This document shows, piece by piece, positions 37,001-52,953 of a stretch of DNA of 64,000 nt. Location: the NCBI GenBank assembly GCA_030141605.1, contig JAQGDQ010000448.1, forward strand, positions 1 through 64,000, given 5' to 3'. The first letter of the stretch is position 1. Each line of letters opens with the position of its first letter. The notes under the pieces are model-generated. The model worked only from the letters and a program-made list of their open reading frames with translations. It did no database searches and was not told the DNA's origin. Position numbers and translations under genes: made by a program. The stretch comes from Tubiluchus corallicola. Its lineage: Eukaryota > Animalia > Priapulida.

Positions 37001-38454
37001 CGCGCGTGCGTGCATGTGTGTTTCATCCGCTTTCATCAGCGCACACAGCAGGATTGACATCTATTACCTGGCTTTAATATTGACCATTTTCTTAATTCAT
37101 TTAGGCTACATTTGCTTCACAGTAACATCATTATGAAGCAGTGTTTTTAGATTTCGCTGTTTTCACAGTCTCTTTTTTTTAGATGACAGATTCACCAAAT
37201 GGCTAACGCGCAATCAGTCTTACCTGATACGACCGAAAAAAGCACTAGTAATTGTACATAAAGAAAAACTGGATGCTGGAATTCTGGTATCATTTTGAAT
37301 ATTTTACTTCCTAATTAATTTGTATAATTATTTGTCCATTTTTATTTGAGAGTAATTACAGAACGTAGCATTGAGTTTTTTGAAACACAAGTTTAATTGC
37401 TTTTCATTAGGAATAAGAAATGTGACTCAAATTTTTATGTTACTTAGTGTAAGCTAATCGTTTCAAATCATACAGGTGTGTAACTCAGGATAGCTGACTC
37501 TATGAACCTGTCAAGCAGTTTTTAACTTTTTCACCAAAACTGGATGCAGGCTGGAAACTGTAATAGTTTAATGCGTTGACATTTTTTGAAAGAAACTGGT
37601 AAAAAAATTTCAACACAAAGCTGATAATTTCTAGCCAATGTCTGCTTGTAGCCACAGTACTTATTTAACTTATTTTTGTACGTGATTTGTGTAGAACTTT
37701 GCCGAATCGCTAATGAAGTGGGATGCTATTCTAATAGCAGATGCCACCTCTGAAACGAATTTGTCGTATCCCAGGTCGACTACAAAGCAGCTCCTTCTGT
37801 CAAAGCTTGTATGTAATGCAATCACAACCTGCGCACATGTTTTGAAAGGGAAGACTTTTCAGAACATCATGGTTGATTTGAAAATTGGGTAAGACAACAA
37901 AATATTGCACCTTAAAACTCAGCTTGTACCTTAAAACTGAGATTTTTAATTAATTAGCAGTTTTGTTGATTTGGTCTCAGTTTTGTTACAATTTTCATTT
38001 GATGCAAAGTAGGTGGTACCATATGTAATACATTCATATGTAAACAGTGATTTTATAAATGTAGGTTACCGTCAACTTAAAACTTTACTACTATTGTTCA
38101 CATGCTTTGCCACTACATAAATATCAAAAATATGGTCATTGTGTTGCTACTCCCAAGTAAATGTTGAGTTTTTAATATGTACTAAGACTGATATGTACTA
38201 ATATGTACTTAGTAACTAAGTGTACGCTGAAGACAGTTTTTAATAGGTGTTAAAAGTGTATATTGAAAGCTATATGGAATCTACAAGGTTCCATCATCAG
38301 TTTTACCACAGGAAATAGGTTTTGCGAAGGTTTATTTCACTGTCGAAGTCTTAAATAAGTAGCGTAATCAGTGATCGTCAAAATGTTTCGTCTTTGTACT
38401 ATATCCTTCAATAGAGATGTCCAATTTATTGAATATGCTGCATTATATATTTAT

Positions 38455-38489
<35 letters not shown>

Positions 38490-40477
38490 CAATATGTTGA
38501 GAGAATATCAGCAGCTCAACAGGTAAACAGTACCTGCCACTTGAGGAATATTTAAAAAATAAGAATTATTTGAATCAGTTTGAACTTTAGCTATAGTGGA
38601 TTTTTTGCAGCAATACGAAGTTATATAAACGAGCAATAACAATTATCAGTGACATATGTAAATGCTCTAAAGCAACAGCTGAGCAGGCATTACTGCAATC
38701 CATCTATTGTGTGGAAGATGTGTCAGCATTGTTGAGCAAATCCATTGATGATCATGTTAGCAAAGCTAGACATGTACACAAGGTAAGACTAGTCATATCA
38801 TATCTTACAGAGTAAAGCTGTTCCATTGTTAAGTGTTGTGTTTGCTTGTTTATAACAGAAAAATAAGTGTGATCAACATGCTTTTGCATTTTATGGTACT
38901 GTATTTTGTGTCGAACTCATTATAGTAAGCAATCGAGCAGCCTCGCTCCCGCTTTTAATTATTTGCAAACACTTAATTATAATTTAACATTTTTCAAAGT
39001 TGTTAAAATTTTATCAGCATTTTTTTCGAGAATTGTCTGAAATTGCTGGCATTAATTAAATTTAATGAACTAGCTACTTTTTGAAATGTGGAACACTTGC
39101 ATGACTTGTCTCCTCACAAAGCTTAACAGTTTGTGATGCCTTGCAGACTTTGCAATAGGTTGATAAGGTGGTAAGCACAAAGACAGCACCACAGCACCCA
39201 AGACATGAGCCTTGTTTTGCTACTGATCATGGGGTAGTTGATAGAATGGTTTTTACCCCTTAACCGACACGACTAACAGGAAGGCGGATATTGTACATAT
39301 TGTACATACCATTGAAATGAAGAGCTCTCATTTATTACAATAGTGAAATGATTATTTAATGTAGTCTTAGACAGCTTTTGCATGCATAATCTTTGTAGAA
39401 TTTTTCCGATAGATTGTTCCGGTTGCCATTTTGATGGTACTGCAGTCAATACCTGTTCACATGGCACAGTTAATGCTTAAGAAGGAACCAAAGATTAGGA
39501 CGGTCATCTGTACTTCAGTAGCTGAGTGTAAAATAGCACAATCGGATAGACAATCGGAAGTTCCTGGATAGGGAAAAACTAACTTTATTAATTCTTCGAG
39601 CACATGCACAAATTCCAAAGAAATGTGAATAATTTGTTAGGTTTGCAAATGTGAACTCATTACCTGGCCAGCTTCTTTGTAAAGAGGTGCATGTATTGTG
39701 AAGAGATTGGTTGTAAACTTTACTCTTCCAAAAAACCTATGGGAACTGTACAGTGCAGAAATGTTTTTTATATAAAGTAACACATTTTACTTTCAAATTC
39801 AAACTGCCACATGTTTACATATTACGATATCTAATTTGTATATTTATTCAACTTACATTTAATAAATTTTATAATTTTAAATATATTAAATATTTTTCAA
39901 CATCTGTTGTAATAGCTTAATATATTTTATGATATAAAACAATCTATTTGCAATAATAGATTGTTGGCTTATGAATTATAGAACAAAAGCTAGTTATTGT
40001 GATAATAAAATTGTCCACTCATGTTTACTGAATTTTTATAAATTCTCTAAGAAATAAACAGCACAGTAAATCTTTTATCATATTATTCTCATTTAGATAG
40101 ACTGCAATGCTGATCAAGCATTAATGCCATGTTATTCTTCACACACGGCCAAATAACGGTTTTTAAAAAGTGAACTAGTAAAAAGATTGTCTATATGACG
40201 ACTTAGATGATCACAAGAACTGAAAGACACGAAAAAATTAAGTTTTAGACCTTTCAGCTTTCCTGCAGTGGAACACAAATACCTGTTGCCTTAAATAAAG
40301 GCTACGTAATCACTTATGATAACCACATTATCAAAAATTCAGTTAATAATGATGAAAAATAGAAAAGTCTTAAGCATTATATATTTAGCTAAATTATCCA
40401 CTTGACTGTCCCTTTTTTCTACCGCAGTAAAGACAAATAAAATGAACAACTTCAGTACAACTAAAATGAAGTTGCAC

Positions 40478-42370
40478 CTAAATCTGTGGATTTAATTTAG
40501 TCCTAAGGATTCCCAGATATTGATCAGCGCTAGCAGCTCCATGAAGAGGGATGTATTTTAGCATTGGCCTGTCTATGAGGACTCCATTGATACGCATTCG
40601 AGCCAGCGTCCTTTCAGTGACGTCTCGGCAATCGCTTACATGTAATAGCTTTAATGTCTTGCAATACTCAGCTAAAAGTCTGCAAATATAAATGTATAGG
40701 TAGTAGTTGCAACAAGCCGGTAATCAAATAAAGCAATGGAGAGATAATGTACTCAACTATATATATAAACATACTGTACAATATTTACAGATTTGGTCAC
40801 ATCAAGCTTGAGTCAGCATCAAAAGTTAATGCAAAGATTCAGCTACTAAATTGCCTATTGGTTAAAAATAAAAATTATTTTTTATTGTGTAAGGACTTGA
40901 CAGTCTACAAAGTACAACCCAATTCTTAGTTTCAATGCTCATAATTTTATATATCTACCTTACTGAATCGTCAGTGACTCGCCAGCAGCCACATATGTTA
41001 AGCTCATTCAGTGGAATGCCACTCATCGCAATTGCTCTTAGAGATGCATCAGTTATGCCATAGATTTTGCATAGTGACAGACACTGTAAGCTAAATTAAA
41101 ATAAGATGCATTGCATTGTAATGAAAAATGCTGTGGAAAATAGAAATTCCAAACTAAAACACCATAAATTTGAGTATTTGTTATAAAGGGTCCACTGGCA
41201 TTAATGTCTCCGATTATTGCACTTATGAGTCTGTGTTATGCTGGTTGCAGTACTCATTAATCTGTGCTCATTACAACTTAGCCAGTACAGGCTCTAGTTT
41301 TATCCTGAGCTAAAAGAGCTTTTCAGTACAAATATTTCTGCATAAATGCATTCTTATATTTTTTCCAGGATTCAGTTTGGTATATTGCTATCTAAATCAT
41401 CAAGAACAGAGGTCAATTTGGCAAACTATCTTAGTCAGTGCTATACTTTTTAAAGAATGAGATGGGTGGTGGGAGCCAGTCATAGTCCATGATAATGACT
41501 GTAATACTTAAGGACTTAATGCAGATTTGTAATTTAGTATCAAATTTTATTTGGATAGATTCTATTACACTTAATGCTAAAATGCTCCAGTCCTTGCACA
41601 AGTTTTTACACACAATAGCTTTGCAGCAAAAAATTGTTGCATGTCGTTACATTTTGATTTCAAATGGTAACATACAGGTGAAACAATGCCAAATTAAACA
41701 TAGGTAATTGACAAAAAAAAGTTGTACTATACCGTAAAACCTACATCAGCATTTATACAACTACAATAATACTACTCAAAAGCTGTAATTTTTCAGAATG
41801 ACTTTACCTTTTACAAGTAGTAACAATAGTGTGAACTGCAAGGTCGGTTATGTCCCAACATGATTCTAAGTCGAGGTGCCTAATATCCCTACAGTTCATA
41901 ACAAGCACCATTAATGATGCTTCAGTGAGCCAGTGACAGTTCCGTAAAATCACACACTGCAGATATTGGCAATTGTCGGCTAGTCTTTGCACTGTAGCAT
42001 TTGTCAACCTGGAGCAAGCAGCCAAGTTGATATATTTCAACAGTGAACATCTTTGTATCACATTAGCAAGAGTAGTATCGGTTAACCAGTCCTTGCAGTT
42101 AAGCAACACTAATTTTTGTATTAATTCATTATCATTGGTAATTGCTTTAAAGGCTTCTGCTGACAGGCGACCATTGCAATGTGTTAGGTCTAGGTTGATA
42201 AGTTTTTTAAAGTAAAACGATGTCAAGTCTCTGGCAGCAATGCATACATGGCGTAGTTTGAACAAATCAGACAGAGTCAGATATGGCAATATGTATCGGC
42301 AAAGGACATCTTCCCAGGGGAGATCAAGCAAACAGTAGTTTACATCACAGACATCAGCTAATCCTGCCAT
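40478..42370 (-). CDS. FBXL15: FBXL15, mirrored copy; exons 42370-41808, 41090-40959, 40679-40478
   Basis: Reverse complement of 16069-17961. The ORF-track translation of the first exon is identical. Confidence 0.9.
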
Positions 42371-45222
42371 CTAAAAATTAAAAAAAAATAGAAAAATGGG
42401 TGATCAATATTTATGAAAATAGCTAGAAGCTTAAACAGTCTGCCAGTAAAAGTCATTTTGTCATTGTACAGATTATTGCACATGCATTACATGGACAGAG
42501 CTTATTTCATGCTAACTCTGACCCATACCCTAATTTCTAATCTCATTACTATCAATCCCAATTATAATGCATGGTCGATACATGGGTAAGGCATTTAGTC
42601 GCATCTATGTGTACTGTATATATTAAAATAAATGAAGCCACACGTACAATCACCACACTTGGCACAGGGGTAATTCTGGAAGACATGGAAACACAAAGGC
42701 TACTTCAACAGGTCAAAGATCAAGATAAACAAATGTCGCACCCCCATAGTGATTTCATACCGGAAAAGTATCCTGTCGTCATATATTTACTTGCTGGTGT
42801 TTCAGGCCAATATCATTAAACGACAGTGCTTAGAGACATTGAATGTGGTGTGGAACCCATCAAGACAGGATTCTGTCCGCACGTTTCAATTCTATAAATA
42901 ATAACAAATAGGGTAACTAGTAATGAACGCATAAATTCCAGTCTTTATTTAGTAAATAACATACGATAACATTTTATGTACGATCAACTCGGAATGTCTG
43001 AATCCCGGCGATGTTCGCAAAAAAAACATTAAAGAAATCAACGCATGTCATAAATGCAAACAGGCTATCAGCTCATTGAGCTGTACAGAAACAGCAATGT
43101 GAGAAACCTTTTAAGTTCTTCTGTTTTTTCCTTCAACTTTGGCTTAGCAGCGAAATTGACATTGATTACCTTATCATTGATTGCACTTAGCTCGGAAGTG
43201 GTGCTGGAAAACCAATGACATAGCAGCGTCTAGTTTTTTGCTGGATTAGTGCTGTGTTTACCGTCTCGAGGGCAGATTTCTTTCATTTTAGAATTCTACC
43301 TGCCCAATGTATGCAATAGATGTAATGGGCATAATTATGATGATTGTGTTTATTTAGATGTCAACCTCTTCACATTTAAGTCTAATGAGTAACTGCTTTA
43401 ATCAACACAAAGGAGCTGATTATCACAATGGAAAATTTTCTCACAAAACTTGAAAATAAGTTCACAGTGATGTGTCAACACCACATTCTTCGACTTGTTG
43501 AAGCTTATTTTCAGCAGAATACTTACAAAACTATCGTGAAACTCTAGCAATGATAGAGGTCTCAGTCTCACTAGAACAACAGTTTTTTCTTATGGTGTGC
43601 AATAGATAACTACCTCGCTTTTCACATTTGGAAATTATAGCATAGGTTCAACACTACACCTCTGTCAGACAAATCTTAATAGTACTTCTTGCTCTTCTGC
43701 ATACTACCATTTCTGTTGTTCTTACATTTTGTTATTACAGCTAGCAATAAGTCATACAAGTTCATTATCCGTTGATATTAATTTGATTACTATTATTATT
43801 TTTATTGTTATTATTTAACATTACTCTGTAAGGCCTATTTGTTAATGCTGAGAAGTTACCAAATGGTTGCAGTGCATTACAAGACACTGGACCTATTTAT
43901 GGTGTCCGACAACACAGCCTTTCTAATTTACAAGCAAAACCTTCCTTTAAGTAACATATCAGAGTGCTAAAGTTAAATTTTCATTGTCAAAAAAATATAG
44001 ATCTAGAACACGTTTGTAAAAAATAGAATACTCGAATGCCTCAACATTGTCAGTATTTTATTATTTTACCAGCCACACAGCCATCAAACTTGAAATCCAT
44101 TAGCAGGCATTTAAAATGGATGTTTTCTAATCTACCTACATATCAGGTAGCCAAATGTAAAATCTCTAAAGGAACAATTATTACATGGAAGTGCTTCCAC
44201 CTATGAAAAGGCAACAACAACTAGCAATACAACAGCATCAAAAAGCTGTTTTTCCCAAAAAAAGAGAATTTCAGAGATTAACATATTCATACAATTGTAT
44301 TTTCACAAAGTATTAGTTTCTAACATCATCGCCAGGTTGTTGTTACCCAATTTTACAAAGGCTAAACCCGTTACTTCCTGACATTCACCGGAATTAATAA
44401 TAACAACATTACTTTGTAGTCAATAAAGCATGCTTCCATTTAGGTTGAGTAGTGAACAACCCTGGTACAAGTGTTTATCAAGGAAAATCCCGTCATTATC
44501 TTGTACATTAATTGTTCATACTCAACGAATGGTTATAACTACAAGCATAATTAAATAAAGTGTGCAATTTTTCTTTAACAAACAAAGTTACCACAAAGTG
44601 TTACAAAGCTCTATGCAACACTTTTTGAATTATCCAAGATTTCACTTTCCTAGTTTCAGTTAACTAAGAATATGGAAATTGGCATTTCGTGCAAATTATG
44701 CAGGATCACTGTACTAAACAATACGAACATAAAATTGTTACAATGTGTAAGCGTCAACTCTTAGGTATAGTAATCGAATGCACAGTAAGCACTTGCATAC
44801 AACAAATGTTTTGGTGCCTGTTATACACAATTGTTTAAAGTTCAACAATCTTATTAATAATAATGTACGTTTGATTAACTATTTCTCACAAAATCAATTA
44901 AAAGGGCGTTTTAATTATTGATATTGACAAATTGTGACTGCAATTATACAAAACATGCATTATAGACTAAACATTTATTGTAGTGTAGATTTTAAAATTC
45001 ATATAGACAAACATATTTTTACAAAATCTTTTCAGGCACAGTACTTAACAATGCGTGTATCAAATAATCCATACATCCAATATAATACATGAATATAATT
45101 ATTCTGCAAATTAAATAATTATGATATAAATTTTCATGAAACCTGGACATGTAGAAACACAGCAATTGTAGTTGTAATGCAAGTGCTTACATGCAATTAG
45201 ATTACACACATGCCACGACTAG

Positions 45223-48200
45223 TCAGCGAACATAGGCTGACTCAGCGAGACAAGCAGCAAGTTCGTCCATTTCCAAGCCAGAGTCGACAGACGACAGAGA
45301 AGCCACATCATCACACAAATCTTCGGTCTCTGTACTCCAATAGCATCTATAAAATACAACAATCCTGTTTGAATTTTGATACCACATGCAGGGAAGTTAC
45401 TTATCATCTTATACATAAGACTCAATATGGATGTAAAAGTATAGTAAACATACCAACATGTTAGTCTCTTACATAGTATTGTAATTAAACGCTCAGATTC
45501 TGTAAATATGGTTCAACAAATACGTGTTCCGTAAAGTCTGGCAGAAATTCAATTCAACCAGTAGATGTTCACTTACAGCTGCGCATATTATTCCTGGTAC
45601 CCATTAATCTTGTAGCCTACTTTATTATGTTTCTGATTCTTTTGTAAAACTCAAAATTTATGCTGATAAAATAACATTTTTATTTTCATTTAAAAAGGCA
45701 AAATTTTATGCTTTAGCAGTATCCAAGATGAGTTACAACGTAAAAGCCTAAAATTAAATTTTTAAAATATTGAGCAATGGAATTGGAAATAAAAACTTTT
45801 GAACTTAGCCATTTTTGCCATCCTTTGGTAATCATGCACCTCAGTAAATAAAATGACAGTAAAGCATCATTTGGCCTAAGTTCTTTACAACTGTGTTGTG
45901 AAAAGGTGCATAGCAAAGATGAGAAGTATTAAATTCTGAATGCAGCTCAACAAATTAGAAACTTGCTGCATCAGTGAAGGAGTAACAAGTACGTCCTTAC
46001 AGGCATTACAAAGTTACTTGCCTTAAAATAGGCACATTTATATTCATGTCATGCTTATTTACTGATATCAAAGTTTACTACATTTATTAGAGGTATAAAG
46101 GGATAGTACGAAACGGACACAATTATTTACCAGAGTGCATATACGTAAAGAAAATTTCAACAATTTGCTGTTTAGCAACAATTCTTGTACAGACTTTAAA
46201 CATAGTCGCACAGCAAAACAGCTCATTTGAGCTTGCAGAATGGTACCTATCATTGTCGTTGATGAAATATTCCAGTCTTGGTTTCTGAAATCCATTGAAG
46301 CAGGATCCAGCAGAAATTGTGTAAGCTCCCATATCACTAAACAGCAGCCAACCACCCACAGGAAGCTGAGGCAGGTTAACGTGTTCCAGAATGCGGTCCA
46401 AGCCATCACAAGTTGGTCCCCATACGCTGCTGCTGTACAAAGGTTTGCCATGGCCCTAAAAATATTTACTACATTTTCTTATCCCACAAAAAATATTCTC
46501 TTCGGCAACAGTAGATTTTTGTAAAATGTACATGAAGCACACTTTCATTTGTTCACTTATTCGTTCAATAAAATATATTGTAATTATTAAATTTAATGCG
46601 AAGCAACATAAGCAACATTACTAAGTACATGTGCAGTCTCACTAAGTATTTTTATTAACAACATACACATTTTGCCCTATCCAGGGCTTCATAGGGGATT
46701 ACAAAACAAAAGATTATTCATCAAAATAAAGTTACAAGAAAAACACAAAGAGTAAGCACTATTTATCAATTAGAAAGCTTACCAAAATTGTACTACATTC
46801 TCACAAAAAGACAAATATTTGCACACAGTTGATTTAGTAAAACTCTAGACTGAAAAAGCAAGCCATATTTTTTAGAGCAAGCAAACTGTATGTAGACACA
46901 ATTATGACTCCCGTATAGGTTCCACAACTGGTCAAGTTTCAAGCTCCAAGTCGAGACAAACCAGAAATCATTTACGAAATTTTGCATGGAGGATGATACT
47001 GTGCACTCCACGGTAAGAAAGACTCATTTTAGCAACTCATTAAGAGGCACTTCAGACAATTTCGAATTCCTCAATGTAATCAGTGAGAGAGTTCAATTGT
47101 GTCATCACAAGTGGCACACTGTTATTAAATAGCATTTTTGACTTTGATTTCAATTACAATTAAATGTTTAACTTATAGTTTAAAGTTTCTACTTTCACTT
47201 TAACACAAATAGAGCTTCAACAAACACATTTTATGAGCTGTTAGCTCATAACTCTAACTCTAATTTTTAAACAAATTGGCTTTCAGTAAAATTGCGAAAG
47301 TTCAACAGATATACATACCAAAAGATGATAAGGATAAATTTCCGCATGATCATAAAGCAAGCAATTGAATGACCCATACACACCATCATTTACGTAGTAC
47401 ATGTTGGTAATACCATTTCCTGCAATCAATTTCCAAATGACTTAGCAATGTCTGAATTCCTAACTTGCAAAAAGACAGCTTTCACTTTAGTAATAACATT
47501 ATTCTTGGTAAACAAAAGCTTTTGTAGTTGCAGGAACTTACTGCCTTGCAAACTGCAAGCTCGTTATTAATGCAATAAAATAATTTTGGTTATCCAAAAT
47601 GTAATAATGAATAGCTTGGTAAGTAGCTTAAGCTAATACTAACTCACACAGGGCCAAAGTAGCATCTTCTTTACAGGGAGCGAAGTGCCAACTAGGCATG
47701 ATAGGAAGCTTTGCTACTCCAGAGTTTCGCAACAGGATCCGAACCGGAGCTTAGATTACGCAAAAAACTGTGAAGCAGCCTCCATAATTCATGTTTACCC
47801 AGTTAAGGAACAGATCGGCTTATTTTAATCACTTATTTTAAATTTCTCTTCTTATCAAAACGTGAAGTTCCGTAAAAAGTTATGTACCGCATAAATTATT
47901 CGTCTGCGGTCCGACCGATGCTAATTTTTTTCAATGGTGTCCCAACTTACGCACAACATTTCGGTTATTGTGCTGCTGAACACAAACAATATTTTAGCTT
48001 AAATTTAATTTTACTTTCTGAATGTTATTAATTTAGTTACAAAGAAGAAAATGCAGTCATGAAGTGTGCCAAAATTTATCTGAATTCTTTTTACATAGTA
48101 CCACTCACATTTTGCCCAGTAATAGCATTATTTTCTAAATTGCAATGAATAAAGATCAAAACAAACTAAACATAAGGCAAAAACAAGATCTGAACAAGAG

Positions 48201-51200
48201 AACTTTATTGTGTTTAGCAATGACATTATACAAGACTGTTTTATAAATGTTTCATTGAAACATCCATTGCAACTAACTGCACACAGATCCTAAGATGGAA
48301 AACCTAATTGGAATTAAGTTGCAAGATTCAGATTCGTCAGGTATTGAAAATTAAGAGTGAATTAAACACTTGACTTCAGTTCGGTTTCGGAAACTTAAAA
48401 AATGTGATTCGGATTTGATTCGGTTTTGGAAATTTAAGCTTTGTCCCACCCCTAGTGCCAGCACAACAAACAAATTTGCCATCACACATAACATTTGCTG
48501 TTATGTTTCATTTTTTCTGAGAGAAAAAGTGACAGAAACAGGTTGTCACTGAATGAAGAATTTTTAGGCCAAGAATTACCGTATATTGCATTTACCAACA
48601 TTGGAGTACTAAAAAACTCTAACAAACCTGTCGAATCAGAGGTTTCTCCAACTTTTTTTGCAATGATGTTAACAGCTAAAGTGAATGCAGATGCCACAAA
48701 GTAGCGTCCTGGTTCAGCAATCACACGTACTCCACTGCCAGCAGGAAAATGTTTTGCCAGTGACAAGTTTACTTCATCACAAACCTCAAGTAACAAAATA
48801 AAAAAATGTTGTTGTCACTACATTTTACTTTCTAATCCTTGTTAATAGGTTGATACTGAACTATTAGCTTGCACAATGCTGTTAAATAAAATTTACTGTT
48901 ATTTCATTAAATCACTAAATTGTTATTCCTGTTAGAATAACAGAAATAATGGAGCAAAATCTCACACACCATGGCAGTTTCTAGACCCCACTGTTTGTCA
49001 CGGTTCACTTACAGTGAAAATGCAAAAACAGTTTAACACAGAATTTTTTTTATTAAACACTGTTTGCTACTGCAATGAAAATAGTGTCACAGAGATGAAA
49101 CCGAACTACAACCGCTGTCAACACACTGTGGCACCTGGAGAATTTTCGGAAAACGGCTGTGCTATGACTAAAAGATATCTGAGTGATGCGCATGGTGGTG
49201 AGTCCAAGGCAGATAACACATTTTGCAGCAATACTTAGTGTCGTTGACAATAATTAATATAAGTCAGGTAGATTAGAATTCCTACATAGTATGGTTTCTT
49301 TTAACACGGAAAGGATACAGTCCTTGGAAACATTTGCAGTTGTAAATAGTTGGAGGCAGACTACTAAAAATGATTATATCTATAATTCATCTACATTTCT
49401 GCAAGACTGTATGTTTAAACCCGCATATCTAATCAAAGTAGTCGAGCCGGATAATTAATACAGCGCCTTGTAAATAGCTGAGAACTGGTAGCAATGCTCT
49501 CTAGTTAGTCAATAATATTATCAGAATTAAAAAGGTTCAGGTAATCATATCCTTATTACAGGAAGTCTATCCAGAATTAGTTTTTATTACAAAAATAAAC
49601 ATTTTATTGCGTGGAGCAGTGTTACAAAAGTGATTAAAAGTAATGTAAAACATATGTATCTAACTTTTGCACTCGATACATTCACTTTGCAAATAGTAAG
49701 CTGTTGCAGTGCAATAATGTTTTCCACTGTCACTGTAAGCTTTTAAACAGTACTGTTTATTTATTATTCACGACATTTTTTTGCCAAACTTAAAGTTTAA
49801 CGGGCTATTGTTGATATAAATAATTTGTAGTGAATTAAAGCAAATAACTAATTCTATACCTCGTCAAAGCTGATACGCGCTTTGTCATGTCCAGGATACC
49901 CACCACCAATGTCTAAGAAATCAAAATTATATCCAACTTCTTTGCCAAACCCAAACACTTTCTTGGCATTAGCAATAGCAGCACTCCAAGCAGAGGGATC
50001 ATAACATCCACTGCCAACATGAAAGCTAATGGAAAATAAGAATAAGACTGTTTATACTAAAACTTACGCAAAAAAGGATTAAAAAAGTTACACAGTTCCC
50101 CAATATTGGCTTATAAATTTCTATAAAGAATTACCAATACAATATCTAAATTATTTATTCATTAATTATTAATTATCTTTCTAAAATAAAAGTTAAAACT
50201 GACAAATCAGGAGGTTGAGGTTAGAAAAGTAAGAATAAAAAAGAGAACCAGAATACACGAAGTGCCATTTCTGACATATTTATGAAAGTATATTTGAATC
50301 ATCCTATACTTTTAATATTAGTCTTCACCATGTATATGAATTAGTTACGATGAATAATTAATTACAACAAAACAATGACATACCTTACACCAATCACGTT
50401 TAACTCGAGGTCTTTAGCCACGCGAAGCAAATGATAAGCTTTTTCCCATGGTATGCCAAATTTCATGCTCAGCTGACATTGTGCCTTGCTGTCATCTGTG
50501 GCAATGCGAATAACAAGCCTGTATAAAACAATTTAGAGTGTGATATGAAACTGCTGTCTCCCACGTGAACTGCAAATTTTGTATTATATAACTGACATTC
50601 AAGAGGCCATGCCAAGTTTTGTATGAAATTCACGACTAAGAACACATTACTGATTAGTGTAAAATCGAAAATGTAAACAGACTACAGTACTTTAAAGGGC
50701 TAATTTTTGCATTCAATGACATGGTATTAGTAATTACACCCTACATTAGGACTGACATATCTAAAAGGGATTAGTTAATCATGAAACAAATAAACAAAAT
50801 CACACACTATGCAAGTCACAATGTTTTCAAGAACACACATGAATTCCACTAAGAACAATGTCAGAGGCTATTACACTAAACTGCACTGCACTGCACAACA
50901 AAAACTCAGTTCTTCCGCACAGCCTATAGATGCAGTTATATTCGCAGTTTACAACTCAGAAAAAGTATAGGCAAATATAGAAATCACAGCTTACTCTGAT
51001 TCCGGATATAATCGCTTAATTTTATGCAGCTCGAGCTCATTGTCAAATGTCATTCGGCGGATGTTGTTCAGCCTTGCAAACTTGATGTGTGATGCCATTT
51101 TGCAGGGATTTGCAAAAATTATTCTCTCTGGAGGAACACCAAGGTCTAAAACGGTGGCAATCTCTGAACGACTGGCACAATCAAATCCCACCCCCATGTT

Positions 51201-52271
51201 GGCAAGAATGCGAAGAACCCCAGCTCCGTCATTACATTTCACAGCTAGAATAAAATGGTTTCAGTTAAGTTGTATTTTTGCATGTATTGGAGGCTTTGCA
51301 AAACTAAAACTATTAGTACTAAAACATACTTTGTTAGATTTTAAAACACGGTGACATTTAATAATAAAAAATTAACCGGAACTGCCTGGACAATTATGAT
51401 ATTAACATTAAAAGCCAAAATAGGTTCAAAACTGAAAATCTAATAAAAATGCATGAATTCGAGGCCCGGTGTTAAAGCAATAGCTTTACAAATTCTTGTC
51501 AAAAATGTCGACTGGACTATGAATAAGAACTTTATATCAGAATATGTGTTTAATTCCTTAGGCTTTTAATATTAATATTAATCAAGTCATACTGGCATAC
51601 TTCATGATGATTAAACAATGAGACACAGATTTAGCCAATCTTCAAAAAATATCTATGATCAGACAAAATGAATTAGAAATAATTACCATAATATGGGTCA
51701 ACACGGGGCATCTTCTCCTCCCACTGTTTACATTTTCTGATGATGTCACTAATATCAACCACATAAAACGGATCCTCCTAGATAATCACAAAAACAAAAC
51801 ATTCAGGTAATGCAAATGTGTCCTAAACATATTTTGGTATATGAAACCATCTATAAGTTGCCATTTATTACAGTAAAAAGTAGCTTGTAGTTTAAAATAC
51901 TTTCAAATCTGCCAATTAAAGCAAAAATTTATACATTCAACACAAAAATTATTTTATGTTGAATGTGTAAATTTTTGCTTTAATTGGCAGATTGCTACAA
52001 TATCAAGAGTATTTATCCAAAAAATAAAGCCCATTATGTATACCATTTATAATATAATGGTTACTATATAACCCAATTATATATACCATTGCACAAAGTG
52101 TTAAACACAAAAATGTGTAACAGCAAGAAGATTGTAATGGCCATATGTATTATTATAAATGTTACGCAAACTTACATTGCCGTGGTTATGAGCGATATGC
52201 TCAGTAATTACACTATCAATAGGTTTGTTTAGCGAGGCAATGGAAATGTTGTCCAAAGTAATGTTCTTCAT
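45223..52271 (-). CDS. ODC1: Ornithine decarboxylase, mirrored copy (9 coding exons)
   Basis: Reverse complement of 6168-13217. The two coding differences I noticed are synonymous (GTC/GTT Val, TTT/TTC Phe). Confidence 0.95.
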
Positions 52272-52953
52272 TTTACAAGGTGAAGGAAATGCCTATGTAG
52301 TGTAATAGATTTGCTAAGTGATCCCTAATAACCTGAAAAAAAGTTTTGCAACCATAAGTAGAGTAATACCTGATCAAATTAACAATAAGTTTAATTACAA
52401 TGCTACTACAAATTCTGAAATTTTAGATTAAAAATAGTTTAGTTTTAAAAATTACTTTTGCTAAATGCTCTTGTGCTAAATTTTCATGTGCTAAATTTTG
52501 CAAATCTTAATAAAGCAGTTCATAGAGCACTCAGTCTCATGGGAATGCTGGTACATCATTCACAGTTCCAAGTTTCTTCAGTTACGGTTTGGCTAAGTCA
52601 ATGTGAACGAAAATCACCTTCAAATGGAAAGGTTCATTTGCAAAGTTGTATTTGCAACCGATCTGTTTTACCTGCAGATTTCCTCACAAATGGTTACTCA
52701 CATGCAGACACTTATTATTCTATGAAATGATAAATTTCATGGTAAACTATGACAACTGATGAACTAAGCTACTGCTGCTAAACTAGCATATGTTATGTTG
52801 TTTGCTATTAGTTTTATAAAGCTACAAACAAAGTGCACAAAAAGGTACATACAATTTACAGCTACAATAATTACAAAGGTATAAACAATACACCACACAT
52901 ATAGAAGTAAGTAATGCAAACCTGTAATAAAATGCCTGCTGCTTGAGCAAATA

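Larger units (their letters stand above)
29587..39571 (+). pseudogene. GCKR: Second, more severely 5'-truncated GCKR-like copy; exons 29587-29627, 33469-33533, 33982-34184, 34772-34946, 36133-36229, (37183-37286, 37362-37448), 37695-37888, 38611-38782, 39413-39571
   Basis: Mirror of the minus-strand copy but begins at the NTHIQNWDKTF exon and lacks the GISCGLSAPY exon and everything upstream. It may be an allelic fragment rather than a true pseudogene. Confidence 0.7.
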